Shown: in pieces, positions 10,971 to 22,700 of the stretch
Layout: each line of letters begins with the position of its first letter
Position numbering within the stretch: the stretch's first letter is position 1
Assembly: GCA_965240325.2 (NCBI GenBank)
Contig: OZ251224.1
Location: forward strand, 1,302,001 to 1,366,000
Direction of reading: 5' to 3'
From: Rebecca billardiae RCC1528
Taxonomy: Eukaryota; Protista; Haptophyta
Length of the DNA stretch: 64,000 nt
The notes under the pieces: model-generated
The model's database searches: none
Seen by the model: the letters and a program-made list of their open reading frames with translations, nothing else
Told to the model about the DNA's origin: nothing
Translations under genes and position numbers: made by a program

Positions 10971-13127
10971 ATGCACCGTCGTGGCCCCACGCATCTCGCC
11001 ATCATCGCGTTCCTGGCCGGCTCTGTCGGCGTGCTGCCGGCGTGTGGGTGGGCGCACGCCAGCCGCCTCCACAGTCTTCCTCGCCCTGCTCGCTCGCGCG
11101 CCCTCGCCGGCGTCGCCTCCGAGCTGCGCGCAAGGATGCACGGCGCCGCCGGGAGCACGGCGAGCGCGTTGCAGCTCAGCACGCTCTTCGCGCAGCGCGC
11201 GGACACGATCAAGCAGGAGCTCAAGCCCGACCCGCAGAACGAGGCGCTCTTCCCCAACCAGGACACCCGCGAGTGCGCCGGCCACTGGGTGGAGGTCCGC
11301 CCGACCGCGCTGCCCGAGCCGTTCCTCGTCTCCTTCTCGGCGGACATGGCCGCGACGATCGGCCTCGACCCCGCGGAGTGCGGCACGCCCGAGTTCGCGC
11401 GCTTCTTCGCGGGCGACGTGGACGCGCTGCGCGCCGATCCGCCCGCCGACACCGAGGGCGCCGCCGTCCGCCCGTGGGCCACGCCGTACGCCGTGTCCGT
11501 GTTTGGGCACGCGATCATGGCACCCGACCCGTTCGGCCGGGGCAACGCGTACGGCGACGGCCGGGCGCTGACGCTGGCCGAGCTGGCGTGCCCGAGCGGC
11601 GAGCGGTGGGAGCTGCAGCTCAAGGGCGCGGGCACCACCCCCTTCTCGCGCGGCGGCGACGGCCGCGCCGTGCTCCGCTCGTCGGTGCGCGAGTACCTCG
11701 TGAGCGAAGCGATGCACCACCTGCTCGTGCCGACCACGCGCGCGCTCTGCCTCGTCGCGTCGCGCACCGAGTACATCCGGCGCATGTGGTACGCGGAGAA
11801 CGACCGCGGGCGCGACCACCCGCCCGACACCGTCATCCGCGAGCGCTGCGCCATCACCTGCCGCGCGGCGCCCTCCTTCCTGCGCGTCGGCCACCTCGAG
11901 CTGCACGCGCGGCGCGCGGCGCGCGGCGAGCCGGGCGCGGCCGGTGAGCTCGAGGCGCTCGTGCGGCACGCGCTGAAGCGCGAGTTCGCGGAGGAGGTGG
12001 ACGCGGCGATGCCGCTGCGCGCGCAGCTGCTCGACATGACGCGCGCCTTCGCGCGCCGCCAGGCGGCGCTCGCCGTCGGCTGGCTGCGCGTGGGGTACGT
12101 ACAGGGCAACATGAACTCTGACAACTGCCTGCTCAACGGCCGCACGATGGACTACGGACCCTTCGGCTTCGTCGAGGTGCGCGCGGCGCGCGCGGCGCGC
12201 GCGCACGCTCGCCAAGCGCGCGCCGCAGCGCACGCCCGCAGCGGGCGCCGTCTTCCCGCCTCCGTGCGCCGTCGAGCCGCCTCCGCCCCCGCGCGCGCGC
12301 GCGCCCGCTCTCGCGCGCGCGCGCCCTCGTGGCCGCGCGCCCGCGCCGCGCGGCTGTGCCCTCCCCCTCATCAGGAGTACGACGAGCTGTGGTCGCCCTT
12401 CACGTCGGACATGGAGCGCAAGTTTGGGTTCGAGCGGCAGCCGCTCGCCGCGCAGGTCAACGTGATGACCCTCGCGCGCGCGCTGCTCCCGCTCCTCGAG
12501 CATCTCGGCGAGGCCTCGGCCGTGCCCGAGCTGCAGGCCATCGTGCAGGACGAGTTCGCGGAGGAGCTGGAGGCGCAGAGGGGGCAGATGGTGCGCGCCA
12601 AGCTGGGGCTGCGGGCGTGGGACGGGGACGCGGCGCAGGCGCTGTACCCGCGGCTGCGCGCGCTCATGCAGAAGTCGCGCGTCGACTACACCATCCTCTG
12701 GCGCCAGCTCTCGCACATCAGCACCGACGACGCGCGCGCGCTCGTCGCGGGCGACGCGCAGCCGGCCGCGCTGCTCGCCACGCTCGCGCCCGCCTTCTAC
12801 GACGACGCGGCGGCCGAGGCGACGCGCGGCGAGTGGGAGGAGTGGCTCGCGCTGTACGCCACGCGCATCGTCGCCGACGCGCGCGACCCCGCCGAGCGCG
12901 TCTCGGAGATGCGCCGCACCTCGCCCAAGTACGTGCCGCGCGAGTGGATGCTCGTACAGGCGTACCGCGCGGCCGAGGAAGGCGACTACTCCGTGCTCGA
13001 GCTGCTCGCCGGCCTCTTCCGCGAGCCGTTCGACGAGCACCCCGAGCTGGAGGGCAAGTACTACCAGCGCACGCCCGAGCCGATGCGAGGCGCGGGCGGC
13101 GTCTCCTACTTCAGCTGATCCTCGTAG
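10971..13127 (+). CDS. SELENOO: Selenoprotein O (protein adenylyltransferase); intron 12177-12374; Sec at UGA 13116-13118
   Basis: YGDGRA, ELQLKGAGTTPFSRGGDGRAVLRSSVREYLVSEAM, QGNMNSDN, DYGPFGF; ends FS-TGA-TCC-TCG-TAG = FSUSS*; signal/transit-like N-terminus. Confidence 0.93.
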
Positions 13128-13311
13128 GCCCGTCGCGGCCGCGGCGTCGCGTGGCTCGCCGCTCGCGCGGCCACGCGCGCGCCGCGTTCACGACGGGTGC
13201 TCCGCAGCCCGCCCGTGCCGGCTGAGCGCCCTCGGGCGGAGGGTCCGCGCGATGGGCATGGACCTCGCGTCCCGCTCGCTCCCGCGGCTCTGCCGACGGC
13301 ACTTCCCGGCC

Positions 13312-13407
13312 CACCGCGCCGCCATCAGTCGAGCGCATGACGCACCATTCCCAACAACCACACGTACCGTGGATGGGTGGTGCTGAATCCGACTGGTGGT
13401 GGCGGTG
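13312..13407 (+). promoter_or_regulatory. SECIS element (type II) in the SelO 3' UTR
   Basis: Helix I CCATCAGTCG/CGACTGGTGG; core ATGAC (13337)...TGAA (13384); helix II GCACCATTC/GGGTGGTGC; AA bulge; mini-stem CCAC/GTGG. Confidence 0.88.
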
Positions 13408-13831
13408 CTCTGCTACAGGGCGGAAGCGCAACATTTGGTGCCACAGTGCTGGTTCACGGACCACGTCACCGCGGCAGCAGCAGCATGTACTACACACACA
13501 TACTACTGTGACAAATGTTGCGCGCCGTATATATTCTAAGGACGACGACGATGACGATCGCCAGCAGTCATCAGTATGATGACACTGATGTCAATGTAAC
13601 GACGCGACAGAGACAAACTCAGACATGATGATGTAGTACGACTGCTACTGATGTGCGCGGCATTATTTTATAATATATATATATAATAATAATTATAATA
13701 CTACGTCGGCGCTATAATATAATAATAATAATGTCTGCGCGGCCGTGCTCCGGACGCCCGTGCATGCACGTACGTATGAATAACATGCTATAGCAAGCTC
13801 AGCATCATTGACGATCATCAGCTTAAAATAA

Positions 13832-13834
<3 letters not shown>

Positions 13835-13889
<55 letters not shown>
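13835..13889. repeat. (TA)n microsatellite
   Basis: Seen directly. Confidence 0.95.
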
Positions 13890-13892
<3 letters not shown>

Positions 13893-14273
13893 GTTATCAG
13901 TAGTGACGCGCGCCGTCGTTAGTAGCCTGATATCCCAGGTCGGATGATCGATCCTCATCAGATCATTCTGCTGACTCGTCGCGGACGCGGTCCGGGACTC
14001 GGGAGCCGCGACGCGGGAGCGCCGGGCCGCCCGGGAGCCGTCCCTGGCTCTCCGTCTGAGTAAGCTAAAGCTCTTACGGCACTTCTCAGCTCTTACTCAC
14101 GGCTCTCACTGCTCTCTCCGCGTCTCGGTCTCTCGACGCTCTCTCTCTATTGGCATAGGCGTGCGCAGTCGTCGAGTGCCTGTCGCCCCGCGTGCACGCG
14201 CGCGACGCCTGCCGCACGTGACGTTGAAGCGCCGGAATGATGTCGCCGCGCCGCGCCGCGTCAGCCTGCTCAC

Positions 14274-15782
14274 TCATGCCGGCTGCATAGCAGGCGGGGC
14301 ATCATCGTCACTGTCAGATTGCCGGGTCGAGCAATGGCGCCAGGTCCAACGGCGCCGTCGACGCGAACGAGCACAGCTCGCTATCACGAGGCATGCGAGA
14401 AGGAGAGCAGTGCCACCGCCGAGACCGCCAGTGATCAAGATGGCCCGCCTGCTGCTGGTCCGCCACCGACACGCGCGCCATGGGTTGCGTGGCGCCGGGG
14501 GCCACGTGCGCGCGCGATCGGCCGAGGGCGATGCAGCGGGCTCAGGCTCGCGCTGAAGGTGTGGCGCTAGCGCGAGCAGTACGAGCTGCGTGCCAATCTG
14601 CCGTGGGTAGTTGTCGTTGTCATCGTTCACCAGGAGCAGAAGGCGGCTGCCATCAGCTTGTGTCCACGGTGCCAGGCACATGGCTTCGTAATTGTCCTGC
14701 CGCACGTGTGCAGAGCGCCCCGTCTCGGCGTCGACCAGCACCCCGCCAGACCACCGAACAAGAAGCCGTTTCTTCACGAGGGCTCCACGCCGCACGGTGC
14801 ACTCGGCGCACTCATCCGACGCTATGGATGCGCACCCTGAGACGTCGAGAGCGTCCTCGAGCTCGAGCTCGTGCACACGCACGTCGTTGCCGCGGGCCGG
14901 ACTGTACCCTCGCTCCAGCGCGAGCATCCGGCCCTCGTCGAACGGGTGCCTCGCAAACTCGACCAGGTCCAGAAACGAGCCCACGACGGCCGACGCGTCC
15001 GTGGGGTAGGCCAGCGTGGCGCGCAGGGCGCCGCTCGTCGCGTTGAAGAGCAGCAGCCTACGGAGCTCGCGCGCGTCGGGCCACAGGGCGACCTGCGGCG
15101 GAGGGGAAGGGCGCGGCGAGGGGGGGCGGAGGCGGTGAGGCGCATGGGCCACGGCGAGCTGCACACCTCGCCCGACGCATCGCCGCACCTCATTGGCGAC
15201 TGCCACCGTCGCACCGCCGTGCAGCGAGCCAAGCGCCTCGAAGCCGCCGTTGTTCCGCACGCCGCGCCGGATGACGGCAGGGATGTCAAAGGGCGAGCGC
15301 CTCCACGCGCCCGAGTGCGCGTCGTGCAGCCCAACGTCGAGCGGCGATTTCGTGCCCGTCGCGTCGATCTGCGCCTCCGTCGAGATGAGCACCTCGTCTC
15401 CGGCGCCGCGCGCGACCAGGAGACCTTCGGCGTCCAGCCATCCGACACTGGCGCGCGAGAGGCCCACCGCACTCGTCGGCGCCGCAGAGGCGAGACGGCC
15501 GTCATCGTCCACGCGCACATCGAGTGTGAAGAGTATGCCGCTGTCACTCACCACCAGGACGCGCCCATCTCGTCTCCAGTCGCACGAGCTCAGCTCGACG
15601 ACGCGCTCCGCGCCGTCGTCCTCGCCTGCGCGACGCTCGATGCTCGAGCTCCGCGGCAGCATGAGCGAGCCACGAAACTCGGTGCGCAGCCGCCAGACGT
15701 CGCGCGCGCTTGTACTGCGCACGTCAGTGAGAGCCAGCGCGGCCACGATCGCTGCACGTGCCCGTGTGCTGCTGAGCCCCAT
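14274..15782 (-). CDS. Phytase-like (esterase-like) beta-propeller protein with signal peptide and C-terminal TM; intron 15188-15093
   Basis: ELSS..VVSD, DAEGL, ISTE, RNNGGFEAL, LERGY, DNYEAM, LLLVNDDN..QIGTQ. Confidence 0.75.
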   Translation of the reverse strand: MGLSSTRARAAIVAALALTDVRSTSARDVWRLRTEFRGSLMLPRSSSIERRAGEDDGAERVVELSSCDWRRDGRVLVVSDSGILFTLDVRVDDDGRLASAAPTSAVGLSRASVGWLDAEGLLVARGAGDEVLISTEAQIDATGTKSPLDVGLHDAHSGAWRRSPFDIPAVIRRGVRNNGGFEALGSLHGGATVAVANEVRRCVGRGVQLAVAHAPHRLRPPSPRPSPPPQVALWPDARELRRLLLFNATSGALRATLAYPTDASAVVGSFLDLVEFARHPFDEGRMLALERGYSPARGNDVRVHELELEDALDVSGCASIASDECAECTVRRGALVKKRLLVRWSGGVLVDAETGRSAHVRQDNYEAMCLAPWTQADGSRLLLLVNDDNDNYPRQIGTQLVLLALAPHLQREPEPAASPSADRARTWPPAPRNPWRACRWRTSSRRAILITGGLGGGTALLLACLVIASCARSRRRRRWTWRHCSTRQSDSDDDAPPAMQPA

Positions 15783-15932
15783 GTGGGTCTAGGCTGTCGC
15801 TCGCCGGCCGGGCGGCTCGCGGCCTCCGGAATCGGTGCTCGTCCAGGCCTCGCAGGCGGACGGCTGAACGAATTTTTCCGGCGGCGCTACCATCGGCGAC
15901 GGCTTCATGGGCGGTGACAGTTGGCGGGCGTC

Positions 15933-15982
15933 AATCTCGCCTGCCTGAGCTGTGTGCGTCTCTTATTCTTAGTAAACTGTAA
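15933..15982 (+). repeat. Dispersed repeat, copy 1 (matches the MITE-like termini at 34781 and 35111)
   Basis: 15943-15982 is the exact reverse complement of 35057-35096. Confidence 0.8.
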
Positions 15983-16469
15983 GTCCGGCTCCATCGACGT
16001 GTTTTCTTTCCCGGGCCGGTCTGCAGAGGTTCTCAAATCGCTCGTCCTTCATTACTTCTTGTTTACTGTCGTACACACCGTACGATTACGACCTGACAAA
16101 AACTACCTTCATTACCCCGTACTGTACCCCGAGTGAATCGGCTCGGGGAGTTTGGGGGTGATGGTTACATTTCAGCAATCAAGAACCAGTCTTCGATCAT
16201 AGTCATTTGGACATCATATCAGATACCAGCATAGTTCGCAAACGAGATAGCCTTCTCGGAGACGATCGCCGGGTACGAGATTGCACGTCGCGGGGTAAAA
16301 TGTTTAACACCAATTAGAAGATGACCCATCCAGAACCGTCGTCAATGCGCATCAACTTCCCCGATGAAGCGACGCGACCTGACGACGACGGCTGCCCTCC
16401 CGCACCACTCACGAGCGGGAAACATCTCTCCCTTGAGAAGGCTCGCCCCAGTTCCTTGCCGCGAGTGAC

Positions 16470-19400
16470 ATGCACAACATCGATGGATGCGTGCTCACGC
16501 GAGAGTGGGACGCGCCGATCGTGGTCCTCAGCTTCGTCGCCTCCGCCGCAGGGGCGTTCGTTGGGCTCACGGCCGTCGTGCAAGTCCTGACCGTGCGCGC
16601 GAGCGCGCGTCGGGCGCTAGCAGCCGCACGCGCCTTCCCGCTGCAGGCGGCGGCCGAGACGCTCGCCGGCGTCAGGTTCACGCGGTGGAGCTACGTGTTT
16701 TTGCTTTCTGCGGCCGTCTCGCTTGGCGTCTCCGCCGTGTGGACCGCCCATTTCGTAGGCATGGACGCTCTGCGCCTGTACGACTGCGCGGGCGACAGTG
16801 TGCCGTTCGGCTTCGATCCAGGCTGGACCATCGGGTCGCTCGTGATGGCGTGCGGCGGCGGCCTGGCCGTGATCAATCTGTTCATCCCAAGCATGGTGGG
16901 CGGGCTCTCGTCTCGGTCGGTCAGCCCGGACCGCCAGTCGGAGGCGGCTACGCGCAAGTCGGCCGACCTCCGTCTCACGCCGGAGAGCAACGATCGGCTG
17001 ACACCCCGGGCACGCCGACGAGAGGAGCTGTCGCGCGGCTCGGCGGTCGCGCCGTTGGATGCGCACGACGGGGACACGCCGCGCTCCTCCACGGCGCCGT
17101 CGCGCCGGACCTTGTGGCCCCACTTCGTCCTCACCTGTGCGATCGCGCTCACGGCGGGCACGATGCACTACGGCGGCATGCAGGGCATGCTCGGGCCATT
17201 CAGGATGGAGCACGACGCGCTGCTCGTCGCCATCTCCACGCTTCTGCTGATCGCCGGTGCGTCGGGCGTCTCCGCCGTCTCGCTGCACCCGCAGGCCGGC
17301 AAGCAGCTCGCCCGCTTCGAGGTGCGCGTCGTCGCTTCGTTCGCGGGCGCGCTGATCGTGCTCGCCTTCCACTACTCGGCCGTGCTCGGGACCAACTTTG
17401 TGATCTACGCGCGCGGCGCGGCGGTGGGCTCCGAGGCGCACGCAGGGGACGAAGGCCCGCTGTCATGGCACTTCAGCCCGAGCGTGCTCATCAACTTCTC
17501 GCTCACGCTGATCGTGATCCAGCTCGCGCTCTGCCACCACGCGAGCGAGATGATTGCGCAGCGCAGCGCCGCCGAGGAGGGGCGGCGCACGATGCGCGTC
17601 GCACAATTCCACGTGCGCGCGCACGCGCGCAGCCGCAGCTCCTGGCCAGATGCGCTGGTTGCGAGCGCCGCCACCCTTGCGCAGTGCCCGCACGCGCCCC
17701 TCCCCGTCGCTCATCCCAGCCCCCGCCTGCCCCGCGCCGCCTGTTCCCGCGCGCACCAGGCCTGCCAGCACCTGCTCTCGTTCGAGTCGGCGTTCAAGTA
17801 CCCGATGGTCCTCATCTCGCTCAGCAGGCTGCGCAGCCTGGGCCGGCTGTGCACCCATGAGGAGCTGCGCGAGAAGGGGCTGCTCACGTTCCTCGACACG
17901 CCCCCGCACGCCTACCAGTTCGCCTGCAGCCGGCACATCTGCTTCGTCAGCCACCAGTGCGTTGCCGGCGCCTCCCGCCGCTGGCGCGCGCCGGCCGCCA
18001 GCGCGCAGTGGCCCGCCAGGCCGCGGCCGCGTGCCGACACGCGCCAGCCCTGCCTGCGCCCACCTCGCGCCGCGCGCGCGTTCCCGCGCAGGTGGACGGG
18101 CTGGGACCACCCAGACCCGCGAGGCGTGCAGTACGCCGCGCTCATCGCCGCGCTCGATGCGCTCGTCGCGCTGGGCAAGCGCGGCGGGACGCAGCTGGCG
18201 AACGGCGTCGGAGTGAAGCTCGGCGCGGACAGCACGCTCCCGGCTGGCGCGAGCGACGAGCTGTACGTGTGGCTCGATCTGTGCAGCATCCCGCAGCTGA
18301 GCCCGACGATGCAGCAGGCCGCCATCTCGTCGCTGCCCTACTACTCTCAGATGGCGCACAGCATGGTCATCCTCGCGCCCAAGACGACGCACTTCAACAC
18401 GGGCGAGCAGTGTGGGCTCGAGTCGTACGCGGCGCGCGGCTGGTGCCGGTGCGAGGTGTTCTCCAAGCTGGTCCGCGGCGCGGAGTCGATCTACCTGGCG
18501 GACGAGCGGCTGCTGCAGCGCGGCGGCCAGCTCGTGCCCATCGCCGCGGCGGTGACAAAGCCCGAAGAGGAGCCCGCCGAGGACCCGGGGCTGAGGCGCT
18601 CGGCGATGGTGCGCGTGGCGACCGCAAACGGCCTCCGCACCTCGTTTTGCCTGATGCCGCGCGAGCAGCAGGCCAGCCAGTCGACGGCCACGAGCGCGAC
18701 GCTGCCTGTCCCCAGGCTGAGCGGCGTGCGGAGCAACGATCCCTCGCCGCCTGCGGGCCGGCGGCAGATGACCGGCGCGCGGAGCACTGAGCTCTCGCCC
18801 TCGCCCAGGCGGCGGCATCAAAGCGGCGTGCGGAGCAACGAGCCCTCGCCGGCCGCCGGCCGCCGGCACAAGCCGCTCCGCGTGAGCATCAACGTGGGCG
18901 ACGCCCCCCCACGCGCGGGCGCGTCCGCCGCGGAGACGCACGGGGCCGGCCTCTGCGCCCTCGAGCACGCCATCGCTGAGAGAGCGCCCAAGTCGCAGCC
19001 GCCGCCGCTGACGACCGCGCCGTCAGCGCACGAGGCGCAGGAGCTGAGCAGCATGCTCTTCGTCTTCGAGGGTGTGCGGCCGCGCCCCGCGAGTGCGCGA
19101 GGTGTAAGGTGCGGCGGGCACGCGCGTCATCACCGCCGGCTCACGCATGCCTCCCGCCGCGCGCCGTCGCCCGCCCGTGTCGCGCAGGGCGCTTCACGTG
19201 CTGCGACCGCGGGCACGTGGTCAACGGCCAGAGGATCCCCTGCGACAAGCGCCGGCTGAAGGGCGTGATGCTCAAGATGTACGGCACGCTGCTCTCGCAG
19301 GGCGACGCGCTGCCCATGTCCGAGGCGCTTCTGGAGCAAGCGGAGCGCGTATGGCCCGCGGAGGTGTTCGACGAGGGCGAGACCGACGCGATGCGCGCGC

Positions 19401-19726
19401 TGTGCTCGGGCGAGGCGCTGACCAGCGCGCGGGGCGAGGGCAGCGGCGGCCGCAGTCACCCGCTGGACAGCGTGGAGTTCGCGCCGCAGGGGCACCGCGG
19501 CGTGCTCCGATACTCGTCGTCGTTTTGGCGCGAGCCGCGACGACAGGGACCCGCATTGTCCTTGATGTCGCCCTGGAGTGCGCGCTGCTGCTCGAGCCAG
19601 CTGGCACCCGGGCCCCACGGCGGCAGCCCAGCGTGCGAGTCGACGCGTCACACCGTAAGCTCGGTGCCCAGGGCTGTGCAGGCGGATGTGGTCAGGATGT
19701 CTGCAGCATCAGGGTCGGAAGTCTGA
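16470..19726 (+). CDS. MHYT membrane sensor domain fused to a HET/TIR-like domain; introns 17613-17759, 17957-18091, 19072-19187
   Basis: WDAPIVVLS, VWTAHFVGM, TMHYGGM and FHY repeats with TM helices; spliced FVSHQW...HPDP, VWLDLCSIPQ, AISSLPYY, RGWCRCE; all three introns GT-AG. Confidence 0.8.
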
Positions 19727-22700
19727 CTCCGATGACGAGTCTCACTCAGCGACGCAGCATAGTGCGCTTAGTGACAGGCTGATCGTCGTCGCAATATTTA
19801 GTAATCTGCCATACCGCCGGGGCGGTCCGGGGCCGATGCGCTATAAATATATTTTAGTAATCAAGCGCAGCAGATTCATATACTACATTCAGACAGACTA
19901 CTGAAATTCTGAATCAGCATGAGCATACGCAGCGGGTCCAGGATATAAGGCACTGGCACCGCCTCCAGCCGGCCGCAGGCTGCATCGCCTCGGGGGGCGA
20001 TGCAGGGCGCAGGCAGGTGGACGCCGCTGCACCCATCTGGCCCTTGCCTGGTAATGGTTGGCGCTGGCCTCCTGGGCTCCTCCGTGCCCCTCGCTCCACC
20101 CTAGGTGGGGCAGGGGGTGCGGGGTGTGACCGGAGCCCAGGGGCCAGGTTCCCCAGCAGGCAGCATCAAGCACTGCAGCATCTGCAGCAGCCTGCCGGCG
20201 GGCCGCGGGCTGCGACTCACCGTGACCGTGTCGACTACAAGTACAACTTCTCATCCGCTTCATTGCCCAGAGCGCACTAGGCGGCGCGCTCACTCTCCAA
20301 GCCCCTCTTCTGCAGCTGCGCGCCGCTTCGGCGCTTGAAGGCGCGCTTGGCCGGCGCGCGGCGACGCGTACTACGACCCCATCCTCATCCAGGCGCCCAC
20401 GCGGGCGCACAGGGGCGACAGCCGCGGCTGCCGCCTGCCGCAGCTGCTCGCCGCGAGGTCGGCGGGCGGCGACATCGACTACGACCTCACCTTCATCCAA
20501 GTGCTTCGGAAGGCGCTCGGCCGCGGCGGCATCTGCCGTCGCCGCCGCGCGCCCCAGGCCGAGGCGGTGCTCCATCCCGGCCCTGCTCCGCCGTAGGGGG
20601 GCAGGGCTGCGGGTGGCGCACTGCCTGACCTGGTCGGAAGGCGCGGACGCATCCTATGTGTCTGCTGCACTCTGAGCCTGACGCTTGCCCGTTGCAAGTA
20701 CCACGTCGTTAAAAACTGTGCCCTGGCGGGCGGGGGCTCCGGCGGGCCGTGCCAGTGCTGTCGCAATGTTTCCTCTGCGGGTTCGCGTCTTTCCACATTC
20801 GCTCGTGGCCGTGGGTGACGGACAGTCCGAGGGCGAGGACCAGTGACACCTGAAGGCTGAAGTTCAGGTGTCACTCACGTCTATACTCTATACGCATCAG
20901 CGAGGCCGACACCCACGAGGGAATGTGCAGCACGCGGGGCGGGGCGGGTAGCCCGTTGCTCCGCGCGAGCAAGGGTACGCGCTGTATGTGCCGCATCTCG
21001 ACCGCGATGGCGTAATCGAGCGCCTCACCGCCGACGAAGCCGCCAGAGTAGATCATGTGCATGTCCTCCTGCCGCCAGCCGAGAGCGGTCGTCGCGAAGA
21101 CGCTTGCCGATGTCCGCTCCGGGCATGATCGGCTCGACGCAGGTCGCGTTGACATCGTACACGGTCGCCACGCTGAGCACGAGCGCGTTGACGTTCACGC
21201 GGTCGTCGCTCTTCGCCTCTTCGACAGGTCTGGCGCCCGCGTGCTCGGCGGCACGAGGAGCTGTTGGTTGTGCGCGCGCGCGCGCACAGCGACAGCGTGT
21301 GCCACTCGCGATCGAGAGTGGGCACGAGGTGCTCACGCAGGCACATGAATCGCAGCGCATCCGTCACCGGCGTGACGACGTCCGCCTCGTCCCGCAGCGC
21401 CTGCGCCATGGACGAGGATGGCGCGGCGATGTTGCATGCTCGACGATTCATCTCTCTGCGGATGGTAACACGGGCTTGTCTGTGTCGCGCCGCGGCGAGG
21501 GTCGCCAACTCGCGAAGACGCGGTTGCTGCCACGGCGGCAGACCCCGGAGGTGCGTCCGCTGCGCGTCGTACGCCGTTGGCGCTGCGCTTCCGTCGCATT
21601 GGTCACCGTCGACGCCATGCAGACCGGACGTGGGCTTCGGCTGAGGGACCGGACCGCGCTGCGAGCAATGACTGAGTCCGGTGCGCGGATTCCGGCGATC
21701 GAGTTCAGAAGGCCGCGCCAAATCTTGCGTCGCGTGCGATGGCGCTTCCCGCCCGCGAGACACCTCGTGATGAGGGCCTTTCCGCACCGAGCCCGACGCG
21801 CGGCAGTGGATCGCGCGAGGTGGTTGTCGTGGGCAGCGCTTGATACTATGGCCCGTGCGAGCGCTCGACGTGCAAGTCGGGCGAGGACCGCCCCAGGTCG
21901 CACGATCGTGTCGACGCGCCGAGCGTACCTCCAAACGAGTCGACTTGGGCCCCCGTTCGACCTGCACGCGAGACGACGAGGGGAGCAATCGCGAATCGGG
22001 CGAAAACTCCCCTCGGGGGTCCCCGCGTGATGTCCGCGGCGGCGTTGGATTTGGCGCGCGGCGCCCACGCGCTCCGCGCCATGACGCAACTCTTTTTCGG
22101 CCGAGCGCCCCCAGTGGCAGTGGGAGCTGCGAGGGCGGGCCCGGTAGTGACTAGTGAGCGAAGCGATTTTCTTTTCTTTGCGAGGCGATTTTATTTTCCT
22201 GTTCTTTTCTTATCTTTTTCCCGGGCACTACAAGGGGCGGACCTACGGCCCGCCATACATATCTCGTCAAAGTAATGTTTCAATGTAATTATTTCGCTGC
22301 TGATATTCCGAGAGTCAACTGGAATTCCGAACGGTCGACGACAACAACGACATCCGCCATGGGGACCAACATCAACGTGCTCACACCACTGCCACTGCTG
22401 CAAGCTTCGACCAGTACCACTACAGACGAATCAGGAGAGCTGCGCCCTCGTGCAGCCTGTGTCTTTAAGTCGTCATAGAATTGGTCAGCACGACCGCCGC
22501 CACTCAGACGGATCAAAACTAAATAGAACCATGATACAGGCAATGGCGGGCAAAAAGAAGTCAGAGATCTCACGGCTAGTCTCAGTTTCTTAGACGTTCG
22601 GTAGCTAGCCCGAGCGCCTACGGAGTCTCAGTTTCTTAGCTCAGAGGTCCGCCCGGCCGCTGCAGGCGTGGGGGGCGCAGGGCGGGCCGGCAGAGCCCCC

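Noticed and set aside
22226-22234. CACTACAAG as a CACTA terminus
   Set aside because: No matching inverted end found.
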